From the NCBI GenBank assembly GCA_036351155.1, contig JAZBOO010000395.1, forward strand, positions 1 to 23,373: a stretch of 23,373 nt of DNA, written 5' to 3'. This document shows, one piece after another, positions 16,735 through 23,373 of the stretch (positions within the stretch are counted from its first letter, which is position 1; every line of letters begins with the position of its first letter). The stretch is from Candidatus Krumholzibacteriia bacterium (lineage in GTDB: Bacteria; Krumholzibacteriota; Krumholzibacteriia; LZORAL124-64-63). Below the pieces are notes generated by a model. That model did no database searches, was not told the origin of the DNA, and was given only the letters and a program-made list of their open reading frames with translations. Both the position numbers and the translations under genes were made by a program.

Positions 16735-18513
16735 TTATCCGATGAGAACCCGGCCCCGGGGCAAGCGGACACGCGGCTCGTGGGACGCCCCGACCAGGCT
16801 GCCGGCCAGGGTCAAGGGGCCCAGCCGGCCGGCGAACATGAGCAAGGCAACGACCACCCGGCCGGCCATGCTGAGCTCCGGTGTCATGCCCAGGGACAGC
16901 CCCACGGTTCCCAGGGCCGAAAACACCTCGAATGTGGTGGTCAGGAAATCACGCCCCTCGCTGAAGAGCAACACCATGATCGCCAGCGCCGCCAGGACCA
17001 GAAACGAGGTCATGACCAGCAGGCTGCGGTGCACCTGGACCGGTTCGATCTCCCGGTTGCCCAGCCTGACACGGGCCAGCCCCGAGCCCACCGACCGCAG
17101 ATTGGCCCAGACGATGGCCACGGCGGTCACCTTGACGCCGCCCGCCGTCCCTCCCGGGGCCCCACCAATGAACATGAGAATGATCATGAAGAAAAGGACC
17201 GCCGGCGACAGGGTGGTCAGGTCCAGGCTGTTGAAGCCCGCCGTGCGGCAGGTGGCCCCCTGGAAAAAGGCCTGGCTCAGCTTGAGAGGCCAGCCGGTTC
17301 CTGCCAGGGCACCGTTCCACTCGAGAGCCGCCACCAGAACAGTACCGACCGCCAGCAGTCCCAGTGAAATGCTCAGCACCACCCGGGTATGCAGATCGAA
17401 TCGAGGCCGGCGACCCTGAAAACCCGGCCACCGCCCCCGGCACCAGGCCCAGACCTGGAACAGCACTCCGAAACCCAGCCCCCCCACGATCAGCAGGCCG
17501 CTGACCGTGCCCATCACCAGGGGCTGGCCCGCCACGCCCATGAGGGAATCCCCGAACAGGCTGAACCCGGCGTTGCAGAAGGCGCTCACCGAGTGGAAAA
17601 GGGCCGAGAAAGCCCGCTCGGAAGTCCCCGGCAATACCGGGCCCAATCCCTGGTAAAGCAGCACGAAGCCCAGGGCCTCCAGGGCCAGGGCCAGAAGGAT
17701 GATCTGCCGGACCATCCGACCGGCCTCGGCCATCATGGGCACATGAAACACTTCCCGGAGCAGGCTGCTTTCCCGAACCCCGATGCCCCGCCCCAGCAAC
17801 AGGCTCAAGGTGGCCGTGAGCGACATGATGCCCAGGCCGCCCAGCTGGATCAGAATCAGGAGGATGGTCTGTCCGAAAGGCGTGAAGCCGGTGGCGGTGT
17901 CCCGCACGATCAATCCGGTGACACAGACGGCGCTGGTGGCCGTGAAGGCCGCATCCATCAATGAAATGGGCTGCGCCTCGGGCGTGGCCCTGGGCAGGAG
18001 GAGCAAACCCGTTCCGGCCACGATCAAGGACACGAACACCAGGACGAAGGCCACCGCCGGACGGACCCGCCAGCGGGCAAACCGCTGGTGCAGGTGGGGC
18101 AATTCCACGGCAAAAATGGAGATGATGTAGATCTGGACCAGCAACAGATAGGCCCGGGTCAATGAGCCGGCCGTCAAGCGCCCCAGGAGGTCGCTCAGCC
18201 ACACCGTATCGCGGCCCAGGATCAGCCCCAGCGTTTCCAGCAACAGCATGACCGAGAGGACGAACGTGGGCCAGCGATGTCTCAGGTAGCGTCGAAAACT
18301 CCGCCATTGCCATAGAGATAGGGCCTGTTCGACCAGGAAGAACACCATGGCCAGCGCGCTGAGGACACGGGCGGCCACCAGGACCGTGGGTCCCGGATAC
18401 GTCCCGTGTTCCAGCAGGAGGCCGGTCAAACCGAAGAGCCCGGCCAGCACCAGAATCAGGCGTCTCAATGGGGAGAGATCTTTCAGGGCCATCACCCGAT
18501 CATTCACAATCAC
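16735..18513 (-). CDS. ktrB: KtrB/TrkH-family K+ transporter membrane subunit with extra N-terminal TM domain
   Basis: Four pore loops SAVCVTGL, SAFCNAGF, TCRTAGF, SALGTVGL, plus MFIGGAPGGTAGGVK and MFAGRLGPLT. Start uncertain (GTG 18513 or ATG 18492). Confidence 0.93.
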   Translation of the reverse strand: MIVNDRVMALKDLSPLRRLILVLAGLFGLTGLLLEHGTYPGPTVLVAARVLSALAMVFFLVEQALSLWQWRSFRRYLRHRWPTFVLSVMLLLETLGLILGRDTVWLSDLLGRLTAGSLTRAYLLLVQIYIISIFAVELPHLHQRFARWRVRPAVAFVLVFVSLIVAGTGLLLLPRATPEAQPISLMDAAFTATSAVCVTGLIVRDTATGFTPFGQTILLILIQLGGLGIMSLTATLSLLLGRGIGVRESSLLREVFHVPMMAEAGRMVRQIILLALALEALGFVLLYQGLGPVLPGTSERAFSALFHSVSAFCNAGFSLFGDSLMGVAGQPLVMGTVSGLLIVGGLGFGVLFQVWAWCRGRWPGFQGRRPRFDLHTRVVLSISLGLLAVGTVLVAALEWNGALAGTGWPLKLSQAFFQGATCRTAGFNSLDLTTLSPAVLFFMIILMFIGGAPGGTAGGVKVTAVAIVWANLRSVGSGLARVRLGNREIEPVQVHRSLLVMTSFLVLAALAIMVLLFSEGRDFLTTTFEVFSALGTVGLSLGMTPELSMAGRVVVALLMFAGRLGPLTLAGSLVGASHEPRVRLPRGRVLIG

Positions 18514-18663
18514 AAAAAAAAGAGTAAATCCCGGAGCAAAAGGTCACGATACATCGACCAGAACCAGGAGTCGGCCGGGGATGGGCTCTCGGTCACTCCA
18601 TTGAGGCAGCCACGGGAGGCTGTCCCGATCATCGTACGACCCAGCGAAAGTTTCAACATACGA

Positions 18664-20835
18664 ATGCTGAGTTTACCGCAAAGAAATACCCGCAAGGCCC
18701 CAGGGCGAAAGTGCGCTTTCTTCTCTGGTGCGGCCTTGATTTGCTGGACAGTCTTCCTGTCGGTCGGCTCGGATCCGGCCCAGGCCCAGCAACCCTCGTC
18801 GTCCGCCAACCAGGTGGTCTCGAACTCGGGCCTGCGGACCGCGCCGCTGGACACGGTTTTGAACACCCTTCCCTCGGAGGAAGGCCGTGATCCAAGATAC
18901 GCCGGCGGCGACATACCCATCAGTCGCAAGTTGCTGCCCCAGGTGTCCGCCACCACCGTGCCCCTGGCCCGGACACCCAATCAGCCTCCGCGTCTGGAAG
19001 ACCCTCTGGCCGGCTGGTGGCACTTCCACCTGGCCCGCCAGGCTGCCTTGAACGGCGACAAGACCACCGCCAGAAAAGAAATCGCCGCCGCCAGAATGGC
19101 CGATCCCGGACGCCCCCACTACCAGTGGTGGCAAGCCAGCCAGTCCCTGCGCTGGCTCGACACCCCGACCCTGTTCCAGGTGGTCCCCGAGGCCATCGCC
19201 ACGCTGCGCCATTCGGTTCTGGCCCGAGGCCGGTTGACCGTGATGACTCACCAGGCCCTGTTGCTGGCCAGCACCTGGTTCTGGATCGTTCTGGTGGCCG
19301 GATTGTACCTCAGTCGATGGCGCCATATTGCCCATGACCTGGGTGCCATGATCTTCAAGAACCCCAGTCACCCCCTGCGTTCCTGGCTGCCTGCCCTGCT
19401 GCCCCTGCTGTTCCTGGTGGCCAAGCCGGGCCTGCTGGGCTGGCTGGCCTTGATGTCGGTGCCCCTGCTGATCCAGTCCCGCGGCGCCGCCCGGGGCTTG
19501 CTGGCTGCCGTCTGGATCGTGACCCTGGCCCTCGTTTATCCGGCCTGGCCCGCCCTGCGCCATGCGGTGCCCACCCTGGACCCCCAAAGCGAAGTTGTGC
19601 TGCTGGACAAGGCCTGCCATCTGCCTCCCTCGGGCCCGCTGGCCGAGAGTCTGCGCAGCAAGCTCGCCACCCAGCAGAGCCCTGAGCGCCGCAACCGGCT
19701 GGGTGTGGCCCTGGGCATCCAGGAAGCCCGACGAGGCAACTACGATCGCAGCGACAAGCTCTTCGACGAGGTCCTGGACCGCGACCCCCGGAATTTTGCC
19801 GCCCTGGTGGGCAAGGGGAACAACACCTATTACCGCGGCCGTCTGGATCGGGCCGCCGAACTGTACCTGCGGGCTTCCACAGCCCACCCCGAACGCGGGG
19901 AAGCCCCCTTCAACCTGGCGCAGGTGTACTTCAAGAAACTCTTCGTTCCGGAAGCCACCGAGGCCCTGGAGAGTGCGCGCAACCTGGGGTTCCGCATGGA
20001 ATCGCTGGGTTCGGCCAGTGGAAAAAACCAGGGGTACTCCCCCGTGGTGTACCCCCCCGTGGCCGACCACGAGATGGCTGCCGCCGCCGTGGACGAGGCC
20101 GGTAATTACGAAAATCTGGTCAGCATTTCGGCCTGGCTACCCCTGCTCAGCAGCTTGCCCTGGCCCCTGTTCCTGGTCGTTGGCTTGCCCCTGGTGGTCG
20201 CCACCCTGCTGGTCATGTGGGTCAGCCATCAGAACGATCCGCGTGATTGCGACAACTGCGGCATGCCTCTGTGCCGGGATTGCGCCTTCATTCACGATGG
20301 GGCCTGGCTGTGCTCGGGCTGTGGAGAAACCGCCCGCCGATCACAGAGTGATATGGTGCTCGCCACCCTGTTCAAGAACAAGAGCCGCAGCGAAGGCATG
20401 AGGCACATCCAGCGGGTGGTCAACCTGGGCCGGGTCATGCCCGGCACTGGGCACCTGGTCAGCGGCCGTTTCCTGGCGGGCTGGCTGCGGCTGTCCCTGC
20501 TGGCCCTGGGCCTGTTCCTGGTTTGCGGGGCCTGGACCTTTGACCCGGGATCCCAGTGGGGAACACCCGGCCTGCAATTGCCCGAAGAAGTTTTCCATCC
20601 TGAATACCTACCGCTGCCCGGCGGCAACTGGAACGGCTGGCAAGACCTGCCCTTCCTGGCCGGTTTGCTCTGTCTGGTGACCGTCTGGGTGATCGCCCTG
20701 ACCGACGGCAACCGACTTCGGGGCAGTATTCCCGAACGAACCTCGCTGGTGCCCAGCGGCGTTACCGGACCCCAACCCACTCCCGTCAAGACCGAGGTCC
20801 ATCAGGGCATCGGCGGCGGTCTTGGATTGCATTAA
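18664..20835 (+). CDS. Polytopic membrane protein with TPR repeats and a Cys6 zinc-finger-like motif, function unknown
   Basis: The listed ORF start (18406) overlaps ktrB; ATG 18664 gives a signal-like N-terminus ending AQA-Q (start uncertain). Several TM segments, three TPR-like repeats (~19690-19990), CDNC-x4-CRDC-x9-CSGC, and a PGTGHLVSG membrane motif. Confidence 0.8.
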   Translation: MLSLPQRNTRKAPGRKCAFFSGAALICWTVFLSVGSDPAQAQQPSSSANQVVSNSGLRTAPLDTVLNTLPSEEGRDPRYAGGDIPISRKLLPQVSATTVPLARTPNQPPRLEDPLAGWWHFHLARQAALNGDKTTARKEIAAARMADPGRPHYQWWQASQSLRWLDTPTLFQVVPEAIATLRHSVLARGRLTVMTHQALLLASTWFWIVLVAGLYLSRWRHIAHDLGAMIFKNPSHPLRSWLPALLPLLFLVAKPGLLGWLALMSVPLLIQSRGAARGLLAAVWIVTLALVYPAWPALRHAVPTLDPQSEVVLLDKACHLPPSGPLAESLRSKLATQQSPERRNRLGVALGIQEARRGNYDRSDKLFDEVLDRDPRNFAALVGKGNNTYYRGRLDRAAELYLRASTAHPERGEAPFNLAQVYFKKLFVPEATEALESARNLGFRMESLGSASGKNQGYSPVVYPPVADHEMAAAAVDEAGNYENLVSISAWLPLLSSLPWPLFLVVGLPLVVATLLVMWVSHQNDPRDCDNCGMPLCRDCAFIHDGAWLCSGCGETARRSQSDMVLATLFKNKSRSEGMRHIQRVVNLGRVMPGTGHLVSGRFLAGWLRLSLLALGLFLVCGAWTFDPGSQWGTPGLQLPEEVFHPEYLPLPGGNWNGWQDLPFLAGLLCLVTVWVIALTDGNRLRGSIPERTSLVPSGVTGPQPTPVKTEVHQGIGGGLGLH

Positions 20836-20847
20836 AGGAGACCGGAC

Positions 20848-21921
20848 ATGGCCCTCGAAGGTCAATTGAGTGACTTCAATCTGGCGGAGATCTTGCAGTT
20901 GATCGCCAGTCAGGAAAAATCGGGCTTCCTCAACCTGGAAGCCCACCGGAACATGGTGTTCATCTTCGATCGCGGAGTTCTGGTTTCCACCCGTGACCGC
21001 CGGTCCAGCAGCCGGGACCCTCTGGAAAGCTTCCTGAAGGCCTATGGCTTCTTCACCGAGGCGCAGTGGAAGCATATCGATTTCGTGCGCAAGAACTCGT
21101 CGCTGGATCTGACCGAGATCCTGGTCTCCGAGGGGATGCTCAAGGAAGAAGCCATGCTGCCCATCCTCAAGAGCATCGCCCAGGAGATGACTCACCAGGG
21201 GATGAAGCTGCGGCGCGGCCGCTACCACTTCACCCCCACCAAGGGCTGTCCGCCCGGCGTGCGCGGCGGCATGCAACTCGAGGTCCAGGGTCTGTTGATG
21301 GAAGCGGCCCGCAGGCTGGACGAGGAACGTCTGCTCAAGGACGCCCTGCCCAGTCAGGCCATCACCTTCACCCAGGGTCAGAAGGTTGTGCAACCCGAGG
21401 ATCTGTCCCCCACCGGGCGTCGGATCATGAAGCTGGCCCTGGCCGGTCTGCCCCTCGGGCGCATCATTCGCCAGGGTAAAACGGCCAGCTTCGTGGTGCG
21501 GGATCTGCTGAAGACCTGGTGCGAAAGCGGCGTCCTGGTGATGAACAACACCGGGGACGAGGAGCTGGAAAGCGACACCGAAGGCGGCAAGGGGCTGAAC
21601 TTCAAGTTCAACACCGGACTGCGCCGGACGCCGCTGTTGCTGCTGATGGTCATGGCGCTGGGTTACATCGGCTGGGTGCGCTGGGTGGAGCCCAATCCCA
21701 TGCCTCAGAATCAGGGGCTGGAGCTGCGGCAGGTTCAGGTCCGGACCGAGGTGGTCGAAGCGGCCACCCTGTTCCGCTACAACAAAGGCCACTGGCCGGC
21801 GGACCTGGCGGTACTGGTCCGGGGCGGGCAACTTGATCCCGCCGTCCTGGCCACCGTCAATGGTTTGAAGTGGAAATATGTCCTGGACCCCAGGACCGAC
21901 ACCTTCACTCTGGGCGGTTGA
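20848..21921 (+). CDS. DUF4388 (PatA_N-like) domain protein with one TM helix and a small C-terminal extracytoplasmic domain
   Basis: SD AAGGAG. MALEGQLSDFNLAEILQLIASQEKSGFL, GRYHF and GLLMEAARRLDE are DUF4388 hallmarks. TM LLLLMVMALGYIGWVRWV. Confidence 0.88.
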   Translation: MALEGQLSDFNLAEILQLIASQEKSGFLNLEAHRNMVFIFDRGVLVSTRDRRSSSRDPLESFLKAYGFFTEAQWKHIDFVRKNSSLDLTEILVSEGMLKEEAMLPILKSIAQEMTHQGMKLRRGRYHFTPTKGCPPGVRGGMQLEVQGLLMEAARRLDEERLLKDALPSQAITFTQGQKVVQPEDLSPTGRRIMKLALAGLPLGRIIRQGKTASFVVRDLLKTWCESGVLVMNNTGDEELESDTEGGKGLNFKFNTGLRRTPLLLLMVMALGYIGWVRWVEPNPMPQNQGLELRQVQVRTEVVEAATLFRYNKGHWPADLAVLVRGGQLDPAVLATVNGLKWKYVLDPRTDTFTLGG

Positions 21922-21943
21922 TCACCCAGGGCGTGTGATCAGC
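21917..21943. terminator. Hairpin between convergent DUF4388 and M16 genes
   Basis: TGATCAC-N9-GTGATCA inverted repeat overlapping the stop codon. Weak U-tract. Confidence 0.35.
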
Positions 21944-21951
21944 GCGGCAAA

Positions 21952-23316
21952 TTAGACGTCCTCGTCATCTTCCTCATCATCGTAATCGGCCAGGTGGTCA
22001 TCCTCGAGCTCCAGCTCGGTGCGATCCGGACCATGGGTCGCCACCAGCAGGCTTTCCGGGTTGAAATAGAGGTCCGCGCAGCGCCGCAGATCGGCCGCCG
22101 TGACCGAATCCACCTTGTCCACCAGCTCCGCCACCGGCATGAAACGTCCGTAGAAGATCTCGTTGCGGGCGGCCCGGAACATCTGGTTGACCATGCCCTC
22201 GAGCGAAAAGATCAGCTGCGATTTGATCTGGGCCCGGTTGTTTTCCAGCTCCTTGGCCGGGATTCCCTCGGCAATCAGGCGGTCGTATTCCACGCTGATC
22301 ACGTCCACGATGCGCGCCAGCTTGTCCGGAGAGCAACTCCCCGAACAGCTCACCAGCCCGATGTCCCGTCCCATGTCGCTGTAGCAGTAGATGGTATAGG
22401 CCAGGCCCTCCCGCTCACGCACGGCCTGGAAGATCCGGCTGCTCATGCCGCCACCGAGGATGTTGGTCAGCAGGAACACCGACAGACGATCCGGGTGAGG
22501 AAAAGGCACTCCCAGATTGCCAATCTCGAAATAGGTCTGAATGATGGGGCTGACCAGATCCAGGCGAAACGGGTTGTCCACCTCGAGATCCAGGTCCATC
22601 ACGGTCGCGGCCGGAGGATTGGATGTGCCCGAGCCCTGAGGCAGATCCTGGTCTCCCTCCCAGGCCGGAGCGTCCAGATGGCGGGCCACAATCTCGGGAA
22701 ATCCCTCCATCACATTGCCCGCCATGGAAATGACCATGTTGGGCCCACAGAAAAGGCGGGCGTGCTGTTCCCGCAGAAGATCGGGAGTGAAGGAGAGCAC
22801 CTGACCGGGTGATCCCAGGATGGGGCGTCCCCGCCGGTGCTTGCCGAACAGGCGGCTGGCAAAAGCGTCGTGCAGGCGATCATCCGGGGTGTCCAGGGCT
22901 TCCTGGATCTCCTCGCACACCACTCCCTGCTCCAGAGTCACCAGGCGCTGCTCGAACGCCGGGTTGAACAGCATGTCGGCCAGGACTTCCACCGCCTGCT
23001 CGAAATACTCAGGCAGAACCTTGATGGTGAAGGCCACCATGTCCTTGGTGGTGAAGGCATCCACCGAGGCGCCCAGGCTGTCGAAGGTCGCCGCGATCTC
23101 GTAGGCCGACCGCTTGTTGGAACCCTTGAAAACGATATGTTCCAGGAAATGGGAGACTCCTCCCAGCTCGGCGGGCTCGTCCTGGCTGCCGGAACGCAGC
23201 CACACCCCCAGGGTGACCGCATGAGCGGTGCGCATGGGGGTGGTCAACAGGACCGCCCCACCGGGAAGAACCTCCCGGTGGGGCGGAATCTCGCTCCTGT
23301 AGGGATCGAGGTTCAT
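21952..23316 (-). CDS. M16 (pitrilysin/insulinase) family zinc peptidase
   Basis: GSQDE...GVSHFLEHIVFKGS (inverted HxxEH), AFTTKD, E..VVCEEI, ILGGGMSSRIFQAVREREGLAY. Confidence 0.96.
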   Translation of the reverse strand: MNLDPYRSEIPPHREVLPGGAVLLTTPMRTAHAVTLGVWLRSGSQDEPAELGGVSHFLEHIVFKGSNKRSAYEIAATFDSLGASVDAFTTKDMVAFTIKVLPEYFEQAVEVLADMLFNPAFEQRLVTLEQGVVCEEIQEALDTPDDRLHDAFASRLFGKHRRGRPILGSPGQVLSFTPDLLREQHARLFCGPNMVISMAGNVMEGFPEIVARHLDAPAWEGDQDLPQGSGTSNPPAATVMDLDLEVDNPFRLDLVSPIIQTYFEIGNLGVPFPHPDRLSVFLLTNILGGGMSSRIFQAVREREGLAYTIYCYSDMGRDIGLVSCSGSCSPDKLARIVDVISVEYDRLIAEGIPAKELENNRAQIKSQLIFSLEGMVNQMFRAARNEIFYGRFMPVAELVDKVDSVTAADLRRCADLYFNPESLLVATHGPDRTELELEDDHLADYDDEEDDEDV

Positions 23317-23325
23317 GCAGTGGTC

Positions 23326-23373
23326 CTAACGGCGCGGGCCGCCGCGGCCGCCACGACTTCCGCCGCTGCCACC
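23326..23373 (-). CDS. C-terminal Gly/Arg-rich tail of an upstream gene, probably polynucleotide phosphorylase (5' part outside window)
   Basis: Minus strand reads GGSGGSRGGRGGPRR-stop (TAG at 23328-23326), 9 nt before the M16 start. pnp followed by an M16 peptidase is a widespread gene order and PNPases often end in RGG-rich tails; the identity is inferred. Confidence 0.55.
   Translation of the reverse strand, partial: GGSGGSRGGRGGPRR

Noticed and set aside
18514..18663. Possible c-di-AMP (ydaO) riboswitch upstream of ktrB
   Set aside because: Conserved ydaO elements (GCTGAATCC, CCCGAACCCG.CAGCTAAC) are not visible.
18406..18663. N-terminal 86 codons of the 809-aa ORF
   Set aside because: Overlaps the ktrB 5' end and the divergent promoter region and has atypical composition; the true start is more likely 18664 or nearby.
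1..23373. Mobile elements, CRISPR arrays, tRNA/rRNA, defence genes, invertible promoter
   Set aside because: No transposase, integrase or recombinase, no regularly spaced repeats, no tRNA-like sequence in the short spacers, no long inverted repeats flanking a promoter, and no evident compositional break.

Overview
GC-rich bacterial chromosomal segment from a diderm (it encodes lipoproteins and an outer-membrane beta-barrel). Gene content is compatible with an FCB-type or similar under-studied lineage, which is inference only. It holds 17 complete CDSs and 2 edge-truncated ones, with no recognisable RNA gene, mobile element or CRISPR array. In order: partial OppB/DppB permease (-); a large acidic lipoprotein plus a FadL/PorV/DUF5723-like beta-barrel (+); glycine cleavage operon gcvT-gcvH-gcvPA-gcvPB-lipM (-); SPOR lipoprotein, cyclophilin and uvrA (-); cysteine desulfurase-family enzyme (+); OmpA/MotB-like lipoprotein (-); ktrB-ktrA K+ uptake (-); a TPR/Zn-finger polytopic membrane protein plus a DUF4388 protein (+); M16 peptidase and a Gly/Arg-rich tail, probably pnp (-). 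Two modules are the best candidates for undescribed systems. (i) 794-4181: a lipoprotein built from four ~134-aa repeats with no lysine over its last 650 residues, paired with a beta-barrel, possibly a surface-layer/filament subunit with a dedicated exporter or anchor. (ii) 18664-21921: a trans-envelope pair combining TPR, Cys6 Zn-finger, DUF4388 and a pseudopilin-like head. All calls come from reading motifs by eye; no database search was run.
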